Below, piece after piece: positions 1-13,048 of a stretch of 64,000 bases of DNA (its first letter is position 1; every line of letters starts with the position of its first letter). The stretch is taken from positions 245,321 to 309,320 of the forward strand of contig MCFH01000062.1 of NCBI GenBank assembly GCA_002104945.1, written 5' to 3'. Origin of the DNA: Piromyces finnis finn. Its lineage: Eukaryota; Fungi; Neocallimastigomycota. Below the pieces are notes generated by a model. It worked only from the letters and a program-made list of their open reading frames with translations. It ran no database searches and was not told where the DNA came from. The translations under genes were made by a program, and so were the position numbers.

Positions 1-2749
1 TTAAGTAACCAATCACCAAAATACTATAAATAAATAAAACTTTATATATCGTATAAAAAAATTTTTTATTAATCTAATTGAATTTAAATTGCTTAATTCT
101 TATAATTTACTACAATAAATTACGTAGTATAATTCATGTATAATATATCCCTAACCCTATATATTACAGCCAAATCAATTCAATTAAAAACTATAAATAA
201 AGATAGTTTTATCAGCATAAATATGAAAATTGTCTTTATTTATAGTTTTTAATTGAAGTTAGAAAATATCAATTAATATTTTATATTACCATGATATATT
301 GATTTATATTTATAATTAATATTACTATTTAATAAATCATAAAAAAACGTATAGGATAGTTAAGATATATTAATGATATAAATTAAACTATTTATTAATA
401 AATATATAATTTGTTAAATGACTATTAAACTATTCCATATAGATTAAATTTTAAAAAGTTAATAGTTCTATTTCTAATAATGTATACATTTTATTGATAT
501 TTTTTTATATCGTTTATTATATATATTGCCTTTTTTTGCAATATTTTTTTTTTTTACTTCATTTTATGGAAATACATTATAATATACCTAAAATTAATAA
601 TACAACATAGTACAGTACTTTTATTAATTTTCTAATAAAATATGTATTATTAAGAATATTTAATGTTTTTCCATTTCTTATGAAATAATAGAAGTTTTAT
701 ATAAAAAGATGGTAGTTTTTTTTTGATGATTTAATTAACAAAAAATAAATGATTTAAACCACTTTAAATTAATCAACTATATTAACTCTATATTGATCCA
801 TATATTTATATTGAAATTAATATATTAAATTAATTTAATTCCATTTATTTAATTAATGTCTTACAAAACCATTGGATGGATGATCTTTACCAAAAAAAAA
901 AATTCAATTCAAAGAAATATTTTTACATTAAATTCAATTTAAATTTTATTATTTAATAGAGTTAATTAATTAAATAAAGATAAATGGTAATAATATATTA
1001 CTGTATATTAAAATTTTTTGATTCATATATTAATTCAATATATTATCATTATTTTAAAATATATTTTATATATTTTTTTAACTAAAACCAAGGATAAAAA
1101 AATTAAATTAAATTCAATATATTAAAAAATACACAGTAAAAAGTCTTGTCTTTTCTTTATAAATAAGAAGTATTCAAAAACTTAAAGCCATAATATAATT
1201 ATTAATATTTATTATGTTTATAAGTCATGTTAATGGACTAGTTGTATATTCAGCTAAAATATTATTGTTAATTATCATGAAACTAGACAATGACTGAAAT
1301 TAATGTATTTTACATTTACCATACATTTTAATTTATTTTACATACTTTGTTAATCCAATAAAATAGAGAGTTTGAGTTTATTTTAACCTTAATTTTTATA
1401 TAAAAAATAATATATTAATAAAATCATAATTCATATTATTTATATTATTAATTTATTAATATATTGTATTTAAATATTTTTATTAGTGCATTGATGCTTA
1501 AAATATTAGAAATTATAAGTATTACGTCATTCCTTTTAACTCTTTACTTTTTATATATTTCAAATATATTTTTTTTATTAAACCTTAATCTTTTTCTGAC
1601 AATAAATGCATTCATACATTCATAGTTTATTTCATATATTACTATATATAACTTTTATTTAATGGCTATAGCTTTATTCAATTATTCTTTTTTTTTTTTT
1701 AATAAAACCGGATATTGATAATATTGATTTTATTTTATTTTTAATGAATACCTTCTATTTAATGAAACATGTTATTTTTTTTTTAAATAAAAAAGTCAAT
1801 AGTAAAAAAAATGTTTATGTATACATAATTGTAAAAATACAAAAAAATTGAGAAAAAAAATGAATAAAATGAAGGAAATACTATGAAAACTTAAAACACA
1901 GATTAAATAATTTATTACCAAAATAAATTAATTATTAAATTTAAATACTTTACATAGACAGTAATGGCAATACAGATATTAAGCATTAATACTAATACAA
2001 TCAAACCATTGACAACATAATATTATATTATAAAGATACACTAGTAAAACGGTGAACATAAAAGAAAAAATTTTAGTTGGATCTATAAGTAATTCATATA
2101 CCCATAGATCCAATTGAAAGTTATCAAATGCTTTTATATATTTTTTTAATTATAAATAGATAGATATGAATATAATATATTTTCTAAACTTTGAAAATAT
2201 GAAATATTATACTAATATTATATTTGTTATTAAAAGATAAACTATCTTTGAAAAATGGAATATAGAAATATCCTTTATTCAATTTTATGAATTATTATAT
2301 TATATATAAATATTGAGATGTTGAATTTTTTAATAGACTCCAATTACTTAAAAGTATTTATAATTTGTAAAAAAAATAAAATAGACATTAATATGAAAAT
2401 TGAAAAAAATAATAAATAATTATTATATTGAAACCCTTTTTTCTTTTAATATTGTTTTGTTTATTATGATTAATTTTATACAGATACCAAATTTGAATTG
2501 ATATTTTTCTAATAATTAATATTAGTAGATCTATACTAATAATCCTCTGCAGATATTACTAAACCATTTTTCTTTTCCTTATATCTAAACTTAATGATCC
2601 TAATGTTTCTACAGATGAACTTTCCAAAGAATTTATAATTCAGAAAAATAATTAAAGTTTTTAAAAATTTGATTTTATTACTTTATCCATTGTATTTTCC
2701 TTAAGAATGATATAATAGCTTATTTACATTTTTATACTATTACTCTAAT

Positions 2750-2763
2750 TATTATTATTATTA

Positions 2764-2829
<66 letters not shown>
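2750..2829. repeat. (ATT)n microsatellite
   Basis: Visible ATT run with one GTT interruption. It marks the downstream end of the block duplicated at about 7283. Confidence 0.95.
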
Positions 2830-2832
<3 letters not shown>

Positions 2833-2954
2833 CTATTTATATAATATATTCAATTAAAAATATCTATATCTACAAAGTTTAAACTTTTCTTGTTACTTTT
2901 TTTTTAATAAAAGATTATTAAAATTAATAAACTGTAAGTTTTTTTTTAGCAATA

Positions 2955-4283
2955 TTACATAAACTGTTTTATGAATGGGATTTTTCTTAATAAATGAACT
3001 AAAACAAAACATGTAGCATAAATGATTGAAGAATAGATTGGAACCCAATAAATTGGATTAAACATTTGAGAATGGAAATTCAATTTATAAAAGATATGAT
3101 AGATTGTTAGATGAATTAAATAAACGCCCATGGAATAATCTGAAAACACTTTTAGGATTCTTAAAAAACCTTGTCCTCTTTTGGATACCCAATCATTAAC
3201 AGCATATTTAAAGAAGACAAAAAATCCATAGGCTGCCATGCATACATTAAAATTGTAGTATTTTGAAAGGTTATGAACATTTTTATTATAGTGATAGCAA
3301 GAGATAAATCTAAAGGCTATTGAAAGAACAGAACCTATCAATCCAATAAGATAGGAAAGGTAAATGTATCTCTTTTTTGAAAATTCATGACTAGCAACCA
3401 TATAGCCAATTACATAATAACCTAAATAATTACCGGCAGTATAAAGGACAAGATTTTCAACATATTTTTGAAAAACGTCCAAGTCTATACCGAAAACAAT
3501 AATAAAAAACTGATAAACAGTTGGAACAATTTGTGCAACAATGCAACATAAGGCAACAAGGTACCATCCTAAAGTTCTATCTTTGACAATCGGGCGATAG
3601 AGTGGTGTTGTAAGATATATACCTATTGTAAAATTTAAATACCAAAGATGGCCACCACCTCTTATAATACACACTTTAATTATTTCGATAATCAAGTCCT
3701 TATTAAATGTATAGTGTTTATCGTCATACTTTAAAATATATTTATCAAAAATACCGTAATAGAGAGTCCAAAATAAGTAGCATTTAAAAATTCTTGGAAT
3801 ATACTTTTTAAATATCATTTCGAGAGTCATTTTCTTTTTAGGGTCCAAAAAGAGCATACCACTAATCATAATAAATAATGGAACACATGGTCTTGCAAAA
3901 GCACAGAAAGCTATCAATATTCTACCATTAAAGCTCTTATAGTTTATTTTTGGCTTTAAAAGAATGTTACAACAATGAATAAAAACCACTAAATAACTAG
4001 AAAATACTCTTAAACAATCAACCCAATAGAGTCTTGTTGGCTTTTGACTTTCTTTATTTTTAAAATTTTCAACTTTTAAAGTTTCTACATTAATTATTGG
4101 AAGTTCTTCCTCGACAACAGTTGATTCATTACTACTATCTATGACTTTGTAATTATTATTATCATTATCATTGTTATTAAAAGATATTTCTAAATGTTCT
4201 TTTTCAACTTCCAAATTAAAATTGTCGAATTCGGTTTCTAAATCGTCCTCTTCACTTCTTTCATATTTTTTATTTATGTTCAT
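2955..4283 (-). CDS. Acyltransferase family 3 (OafA/WecH-like) membrane O-acyltransferase, copy 1
   Basis: Intronless 442-aa ORF. Acidic N-terminal extension, then RLYWVDCLRVFSSYLVVFIH (AT3 R..D.LR...H motif), RPCVPLFIMISG, GHLWYL, SDYSMGVYLIH and about 10 hydrophobic segments. Confidence 0.9.
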   Translation of the reverse strand: MNINKKYERSEEDDLETEFDNFNLEVEKEHLEISFNNNDNDNNNYKVIDSSNESTVVEEELPIINVETLKVENFKNKESQKPTRLYWVDCLRVFSSYLVVFIHCCNILLKPKINYKSFNGRILIAFCAFARPCVPLFIMISGMLFLDPKKKMTLEMIFKKYIPRIFKCYLFWTLYYGIFDKYILKYDDKHYTFNKDLIIEIIKVCIIRGGGHLWYLNFTIGIYLTTPLYRPIVKDRTLGWYLVALCCIVAQIVPTVYQFFIIVFGIDLDVFQKYVENLVLYTAGNYLGYYVIGYMVASHEFSKKRYIYLSYLIGLIGSVLSIAFRFISCYHYNKNVHNLSKYYNFNVCMAAYGFFVFFKYAVNDWVSKRGQGFLRILKVFSDYSMGVYLIHLTIYHIFYKLNFHSQMFNPIYWVPIYSSIIYATCFVLVHLLRKIPFIKQFM

Positions 4284-7200
4284 TTTAATTTTCTTTTTGT
4301 TCTGTTTTATAATTAACTTTATTGACTACCTTCAAACTATAGAGTTCCTGACTTTTTTTAAATAATTAAATTTTTAAATGTTATAAAAAATAATGAATAA
4401 TGAGGCATGATGAATTGATATGATAAATAAAAAAAATTAAGCAAATCAATTCATTGGATAATAATAATTATGAAAAAAATGTATTAAAATAATTTGTAAA
4501 TGAATCTTTTGTAGGTAGCTATGATTTTTACTTTTTTTTTAAATACATTCAATTACGTGAAGTGATTCTAATAATTAATCTTATAATGTGTTAATATATT
4601 ATTATTAATTATTAATCATTGCTTATAAATGGCACTATTAAAATTCTAATAACTTTTATTTAAATATTGAAAATGTGGCTAACTTTTAATTAGATGATTC
4701 ATTATCACTTTAAATTTTTAATTGAATATTTTTATTTATTATTTATAATTATATATAAAAACAATTTATTATAATATATATTAATTTATTTACCTTCAAA
4801 AATATATATACCGTACCAAATTAAGTTACCAATCGCCAACAAAAAATATTTATATTCATGGAAAGACACTTTTTTAATTATTAAAGGTTTATTCAGTAAA
4901 TTTAATAACTTCAACAAAAAAAAAAAAAAAAAAGTGAATAGCATTGATGAAATAGAAAAAAAAATCATTTAAATATTTTTATTTTATACTCATTAATTAT
5001 AGGAATCTAGTTAAAATGCTTTTCTATAAAAAAAAAAAAAAAAAAAAACAAAATAAAAGAAAATTTAGAAAAAAAAATATTTTAATTTATCAGTCATCTC
5101 TCAATGTTATTGGTTAAATTATCTGCATTAAAATATTATTATTTAAGAATAGATCTAAATATAAAAGGATTATATTATTTAAAATATTTTATTAATTAAA
5201 AATATATATTAAATATATTAAAAAATTTAATGATTCACAATTTTAAAATTTAGATAAAAAACCTACTTAAATGATTATATGGTATTTAATGAAAGGGTTA
5301 AAAATTTAAATAAAGCAAAGAAGGAAAAGGTGAAAATTAAACTAATAAATCTACATTTCTAAAGAGTCATTCAATGAATATAAATAAATATTAAATTATA
5401 TTTTTATAGTAGTAGTAATAAGAATAATTTAAATTTTTTTTTTTGAAATTCCATAATTCATAATTATTTTTACAGTACTATTTTTATGGAAATTAAAATA
5501 TATTAAAAAAGGTGTTGCATTAATGGTATTTTTATTAAAATGGATGTATAAATGTATTATATAAACCACGCAATATATATTAGAATATAAAAAAATTAAT
5601 TTTAAACTAATTTTATAAAGGTGAAATAAAAAAAAACTTTATATATTATAATAATCAATATATATAAAGAATTTTTAATAATTTAATATACATATTTCTA
5701 ATGATATTAGTATGATACATTTATAATATAGTTTTTTAAAATTTTATAATAACTTTTAATTAATTATAAATTTCTTATTAACCCTATAGGTTTTAGTTAA
5801 TAAGAAAAATAAAAAATTTAAAAAAAAATAAAGATATATTTAATAATATTCAAACGGATTTATGAGTACTTGAGATATCTTATAGATCAAATTAAAAATT
5901 AATTTTATATATTCCCATTCCAACTAATGTGCTATTATCATTAGGGTATTATTTTTCAGGTGAAAGTTATTTAAAATTCGGATCAAACCTTCCTAACTCT
6001 TTTGGGATCACACACCAATTATAAAATGAAAATAAAGACAACCTTCACTTTAATTATATCTATAAATAAAGTGAGAAAAAATCACTCTTTTTTTTAAAAG
6101 ATATAAGTTGATTATAGTTATAGTAGTTATTATCTTATCAATATTATTTTTAAAAAAAAAATCCATTATTGTATTTTTCGTAAATATTATTTAAATCAAT
6201 AATTTGTTTTAAATATTATTTTATTTATATTTGTAATTGTTATTACCATATTTTTAAATAAAAAATACATAAAACGTTACATTAAAAAGAAAATTATCAA
6301 TAAAGATGAAATCAACTTTATCATAAATTTATAACCTAAAGTTTTTCAAACAATAAAATCGTAAACATTCTCTAAAATATAATAAAAGTACTAGATAATA
6401 ATAATCCTATATACTTTTATAACTTGAATTTTTATTCAAAAAATTACAATAATTAATAATTTCATCCTTTTTTTTCTAAAAAATTAATATTTTTATGGAT
6501 GAAAAAGAAAAAAAAAACTTTTAATTATAGTTTTAATTTTTAAATAAAACTTTTTACATATTTAAATTTAGATTGCCTTTAATATTTAATTTTAAATTAA
6601 ATATTAAAGGCAATCTAAATTTTCTGTTATTTAAATATCTTTTACAAAGATTCATGATTTTTTTTTTTAAAAAAAAAAAATAATTAATCATTTATCCATT
6701 GTAATAATATTACTCCATTTGTTAATTATTTAATTATAAATTGTATATTATTATTTATACTATTGACTTTATTAAATATTAATAAGTAATCATGTAAAAT
6801 ATAATTTTATTAAAACTGACTGATTATTTTAATTGTTTAAATTAATAGATTTTGTGTATTGATAAATTACATAATTTGTTGGAATTAAAATGAAATGAAT
6901 GGGAGTTGTAATTATAAACCTGTTGTTTTATTTTATAATAAATTCGTTAAAAACTAAAAAGAAAAATTTAATAAATATTTGATAATATTTTTTTTTAAAA
7001 AAAAAAAAAAAAAGTTTAAAGAATCATTTTTCCAGTATTTAAATAAAATATTTTTTCTTAAAAATATGAATATTAATATGAATTTTAATGCATTGATGCT
7101 AATTGTTAATAATAAAGAAATATCCTATTATTTTATTATGTTATTAATAAAAATCATATATATATAATTAAAATTTTACTAAATTGTCAGAACAGTATTT

Positions 7201-7427
7201 TTAAATTAATTTATAATTATAATTATTGTATAATACTATATATTATATATTATTATCATTATGATGAATTATTATTAAGTATTATTATTATTATTATTAT
7301 TATATCTATTTATATAATATATTCAATTAAAAATATCTATATCTACAAAGTTTAAACTTTTCTTGTTACTTTTTTTTTAATAAAAGATTATTAAAATTAA
7401 TAAACTGTAAGTTTTTTTTTAGCAATA

Positions 7428-8771
7428 TTACATAAACTGTTTTATGAATGGGATTTTTCTTAATAAATGAACTAAAACAAAACATGTAGCATAAATGATT
7501 GAAGAATAGATTGGAACCCAATAAATTGGATTAAACATTTGAGAATGGAAATTCAATTTATAAAAGATATGATAGATTGTTAGATGAATTAAATAAACGC
7601 CCATGGAATAATCTGAAAACACTTTTAGGATTCTTAAAAAACCTTGTCCTCTTTTGGATACCCAATCATTAACAGCATATTTAAAGAAGACAAAAAATCC
7701 ATAGGCTGCCATGCATACATTAAAATTGTAGTATTTTGAAAGGTTATGAACATTTTTATTATAGTGATAGCAAGAGATAAATCTAAAGGCTATTGAAAGA
7801 ACAGAACCTATCAATCCAATAAGATAGGAAAGGTAAATGTATCTCTTTTTTGAAAATTCATGACTAGCAACCATATAGCCAATTACATAATAACCTAAAT
7901 AATTACCGGCAGTATAAAGGACAAGATTTTCAACATATTTTTGAAAAACGTCCAAGTCTATACCGAAAACAATAATAAAAAACTGATAAACAGTTGGAAC
8001 AATTTGTGCAACAATGCAACATAAGGCAACAAGGTACCATCCTAAAGTTCTATCTTTGACAATCGGGCGATAGAGTGGTGTTGTAAGATATATACCTATT
8101 GTAAAATTTAAATACCAAAGATGGCCACCACCTCTTATAATACACACTTTAATTATTTCGATAATCAAGTCCTTATTAAATGTATAGTGTTTATCGTCAT
8201 ACTTTAAAATATATTTATCAAAAATACCGTAATAGAGAGTCCAAAATAAGTAGCATTTAAAAATTCTTGGAATATACTTTTTAAATATCATTTCGAGAGT
8301 CATTTTCTTTTTAGGGTCCAAAAAGAGCATACCACTAATCATAATAAATAATGGAACACATGGTCTTGCAAAAGCACAGAAAGCTATCAATATTCTACCA
8401 TTAAAGCTCTTATAGTTTATTTTTGGCTTTAAAAGAATGTTACAACAATGAATAAAAACCACTAAATAACTAGAAAATACTCTTAAACAATCAACCCAAT
8501 AGAGTCTTGTTGGCTTTTGACTTTCTTTATTTTTAAAATTTTCAACTTTTAAAGTTTCTACATTAATTATTGGAAGTTCTTCCTCGACAACAGTTGATTC
8601 ATTACTACTATCTATGACTTTGTAATTATTATTATCATTATTATTATCATGAATAGATATTTCTAAATGTTCCTTCAAAACAGGATTTAATTCTTTTTCA
8701 ACTTCCAAATTATCGAATTCAGTTTCTAAATCGTCCTCTTTCATTTTTTTATATTTCCTATCCATATTCAT
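7428..8771 (-). CDS. Acyltransferase family 3 membrane O-acyltransferase, copy 2
   Basis: Protein identical to copy 1 from NNNYKVIDSS to the C-terminus. The first ATG is at 8771 (the track extends to a GTG at 8822). Confidence 0.9.
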   Translation of the reverse strand: MNMDRKYKKMKEDDLETEFDNLEVEKELNPVLKEHLEISIHDNNNDNNNYKVIDSSNESTVVEEELPIINVETLKVENFKNKESQKPTRLYWVDCLRVFSSYLVVFIHCCNILLKPKINYKSFNGRILIAFCAFARPCVPLFIMISGMLFLDPKKKMTLEMIFKKYIPRIFKCYLFWTLYYGIFDKYILKYDDKHYTFNKDLIIEIIKVCIIRGGGHLWYLNFTIGIYLTTPLYRPIVKDRTLGWYLVALCCIVAQIVPTVYQFFIIVFGIDLDVFQKYVENLVLYTAGNYLGYYVIGYMVASHEFSKKRYIYLSYLIGLIGSVLSIAFRFISCYHYNKNVHNLSKYYNFNVCMAAYGFFVFFKYAVNDWVSKRGQGFLRILKVFSDYSMGVYLIHLTIYHIFYKLNFHSQMFNPIYWVPIYSSIIYATCFVLVHLLRKIPFIKQFM

Positions 8772-9657
8772 TTTTAATTTTCTTTCGATCTTTTTTTTAT
8801 CTGCTTCTTTTATTCCTAGCACGATTATTGCCTATCTTTTTTTTTTCTTTTACTAAAATTATAACCTTTCAACTTTTTTTTTTTTTTAAATAAATAAAGA
8901 AGAAAGAAGAAAAAAAGGAATTTTTTAGGGAATATATATGAAAAAAATTTTTAATTAAAATTTGATACATTATCATCAATATTATTAATATATGAAAAAA
9001 GTATTAATAAATTTATTTTAATATATTATTAATTTATTATATAATAAATTATAATTTAATTTTTATGGTAAAAAATTCTCTAATTCAATATTAAATATAT
9101 TATGAATATATTGTTAATATATATAATTTTTAAATTGAAAAGAATTCTTTCAACTTTTTACAAAGTGGAAATGGGAAGGGTTCAATGAGGAGAATTAAAA
9201 CAAAAAGAATTAAAGCAAAAGAATTCAAATATAAAATTCAAAAAAATATTGAAATCCTATTCATGACTAATAAAAAAAAAAAAAAAAGAAATAAATTTCA
9301 CGTTCTTTAAATATAAAAACATATATTTATTGTAAAACGTCATAATTTTATGTTTTATTTTAATTTAAATCATGTGCTTAGATGGATTATTCAAGTTTAT
9401 TGCAAAATTGATTTTAATTGGCTACAACAAAAAGATTCTTTTTTGATAAAGTAAATTCTTTCATTTAATTATTTGTATATTAATAATACATTAATAATAT
9501 ATTATGGACTTTATTACATTATAATTATTTCATTTTAAAAATAAATGATGATGCAATGAAAAAGAAATAGGAATAAAAAAAAAATATTTTATGATATAAA
9601 AAAGAAAAAAGAATTTTTTATTTATTTATTTAAAATTTTGACATTGGGACATTGACC

Positions 9658-12408
9658 ATGAAATCGATTTTATTATTTATTTTTATTTTAGCAGTGACTT
9701 ACACTTCATTTGCCAAATCAATTGAAAGCGTATCAAGAGAAGAATCAAAAGAATGTCGATTTATTAATGATTTATGAAAACAAATTGATTCAAATGAAAG
9801 TAATTGTTGCAAAATTTATGGAATTACTTGTGAAGGAGGTCATATAACTGAAATGTAGGCATATTTTTTATTATAATATTACCCTATATATACTTGTAAA
9901 AATTCTGTTTTTTTTTTTTTTTTTTTTTAATTACATTTCATTGATTTATTTGTTTATCAACCATATTGTATTTTCTAATTACTTTACATTGATAAACTAA
10001 TTATACTCTACTTCTTTACACAATAAACCATGTTTTGTCCTACCATTATTTATTTTTATAAATGAATGAATAAAAAAGAGAATTATCAAATATAACTGGG
10101 TCCATTCCTAAATCAATTGAAAATTTAACGAAATTAACTATATTGTAAATAAACATATTTCTATCTAATTATTTATTTATTTATTTTTTTTAAAATAACA
10201 TTTACTTTTATTGGCTTTCTTTTATTTATATATCACATTAATAATAAAATAGAAATTTATCTAATAATAAGTTTAGTGGAACTATTCCAAGTGAAATAGG
10301 AAATCTACCAAATTTAACTCAATTGTAATATATTAAATAATATATAAAATAATAAAAGGAAAAATAAAAGATATTTATAATTTTAGTAGTCCTTTTTATT
10401 TTTTTTTTTAACAAAATATCATTAATTATTTTTAAACTATTCTTAAATAATATAAATATATATAGAAATTTATCTGAAAATAATTTAACTGGAACAATTC
10501 CATCCACTCTCAAAAACCTAACAAAACTAACTATACTGTAAATAAATAAGATTATATAAAGGTATAACCTATATTCATTATTATTTTATTAATTTTAAAT
10601 TGTTACTTAAATTATCTAGAGATTTAGCTTACAATCAATTATCTGGACCTATTCCTGAATTTATTGGAAACTTTACTGAATTGACTATTTTGTAACTATT
10701 AATTATTTTTATTATAATAAATTAGATATAAAATAAATTTTAAAATGGAACAGGGTAGAGTGAAATAAGATAGAGTAGAATAAAGACAAAATAGGACAGA
10801 ATAAAATAGAGTAAAATAAAAACAAAATAGGATAGAATAAAATAAAATGAAATAAAAAATACTTAAATTTCTTTACTAATTAAATCGGAATTAGTAATAT
10901 AGAATTTATACTTTGATTTTTTAACTTTTATTTTTTTAATATATATCATCAATCATTATATCATCATATCATGAATAAATAGACAATTAAGTAGTAATAA
11001 TTTCAGTGGATCCATTCCAAAATCAATTGGAAATTTGACAAAACTATGTAGAATGTAAATATAAATATTTAATTTATACATAAAAATATAATAGGATTCT
11101 AATATTCTCTTATTGTATATACCTTATATACCTATTAATAAATGGAATCCAAAAAAAAATAGTTATTTATCTTATAATAATTTAAGTGGAACTATTCCAG
11201 AATCTATTGGAAATTTATCTAAATTAGTATATTTGTAAGTTGAATTAGTTTATTTACTACTTGATATTATATATCAATTAATAATACTCATTTTTTAAAT
11301 ATTCTTTTTTTTTTTTTTACCTTTATATAAACATTAATAGAGATCTTGAAAATAATAAATTAACTGGATCAATTCCAAAAACATTTGAAAATCTATCTGA
11401 ATTAATACGTTTGTAAATATTTATAAATATTATATATATCAATAATAATATAATAGCTTTAAATTTAGTACATACGGTAATACAATAGATAATAACTTTT
11501 TTATATTCATCAATATTTAGAGCATTATCAGATAATCTTTTAAATGGATCTATCCCTAAAACTGTCGGAGATTTACCTAAATTGAAATATTTGTAAATAT
11601 GAATATTAAATGATAATACTATGAAAATTGGTTTATAAAAAAAATTTTTTTAAAATAATATTTTTTTTTTATTTTTTTTCAATATTAAATTAGCTTTATA
11701 AATAACAATTGTATTCATTGTGAAAATGTCAAAAATATAAGAGTGTAAGATAGTAATATAGATTATATCCATATTGTAATTTATTTAATTTTACTTATAT
11801 TATTATTAAATTTAATATTTGTATTTGTATATAGCACTTGTGTGAATGATTTTGTAAAAAATGAATGTCAATCCAAATTCAGATGTGGTAAAGATATTGG
11901 TTCCTGTCCAAACGGACAATGTTGTAGTAAAAAGGGTTATTGTGGTACTACTTCCAGTTATTGCTCTACCAACCTTGGATGTCAAAGTGAATTTGGAGAT
12001 AAGTGTATCGATGGTAAATGTGGTTCAAAATGGGGTATCTGTCCAAACGGTCAATGTTGTAGTAAAAAGGGCTATTGTGGTACTACTTCCAGTTATTGTT
12101 CCACCAACCTTGGATGTCAAAGTGAATTTGGAGATAAGTGTATCGATGGTAGATGTGGTTCAAAATGGGGTATCTGTCCAAACGGTCAATGTTGCAGTAA
12201 AAAAGGTTAGTGTGGTACTACCTCTAATTATTGTTATTCCAACCTTGGATGTCAAAGTGAATTTGGAGAATGTAAATTCAGATGTGGTAAAGACATTGGT
12301 GCCTGTCCAAATGGTCAATGTTGTAGTTCAAAAGGTTTCTGTGGTACTACTAGTTTTTATTGCTCTAAATCAAAAGGATGCCAAGCTTCTTTTGGTCAAT
12401 GTCTTTAA
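9658..12408 (+). pseudogene. Secreted LRR + 4x chitin-binding hevein (CBM18) protein, 11 exons, with two in-frame stops
   Basis: Exons read by hand: 9658-9854 (signal peptide + Cys cap), 10079-10144, 10253-10324, 10466-10537, 10620-10691, 10983-11054, 11163-11234, 11341-11412, 11521-11592, 11694-11744, 11835-12408. All introns are GT-AG and phase 2; spliced length is 1392 nt. LRR consensus LxxNxLxGxIPxxIGNLxxL; four CCSxxG[YF]CG hevein units. In-frame TGA at 9775-9777 and TAG at 12208-12210. Confidence 0.85.
11884..12402 (+). repeat. Coding tandem repeat of four hevein/CBM18 units (periods 135, 135, 129 nt)
   Basis: The TGT CCA AA(C/T) GG motif recurs at 11905, 12040, 12175 and 12304. Confidence 0.9.
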
Positions 12409-13048
12409 TCATAAATATGAATTATATAGTTCAAACTTCGATCTTTAATATTTATAGTTTTCTTTTTTTCTTTTATATTTCTAAACCTTTAATAGAAAAG
12501 TATTTCATTATCATAAATAATCATATTCTTAATTCCTATTTTATTTCTACTTACAATTTAAATAATAAGTTCAATTATTTTTAATTTTATAATTAAAAAT
12601 TTATAAAAGGATCAATAAAATATTTGAAAAAAAAAAATTAAAAAAGAGGAAATCAATCCACCAATACAATTTAACTTAATTTTTAAAAAAAAAATGAAAA
12701 AAAAAATTATTATAAAAAATTATTATTTATTATAAAAAAAGGACATAAAACAATTCATGATTTTTTTTTTTTTTATTTTTTTATTAGTAATATGGACTTT
12801 AAAATTATTATTAAAATTAATAATGCAAAAAAAAAAAAATATAAATACGTAGTTATTTCACCTTTTTTTTTTTAAAATTTCTATTTACCTACCCAAACTA
12901 AAATTTTATATCATAAATTTATATGAATTTATATAGGTATATTGATTATTATCAAATATTAATTGAATAGAAAAGAAAATACTTTAATTCTTCAGAAATA
13001 AATCATTTATTATTATTATTATTATTATTACTTTTTTATAATAGAAAT

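Noticed and set aside
2077-2112. 10-bp hairpin ttggatctat/atagatccaa
   Set aside because: Isolated; short stems are common in AT-rich DNA.
11861-12584. 195-aa Val-rich ORF and 68-aa ORF
   Set aside because: Off-frame readings of the Cys/Gly-rich hevein exon and its AT-rich 3' region.
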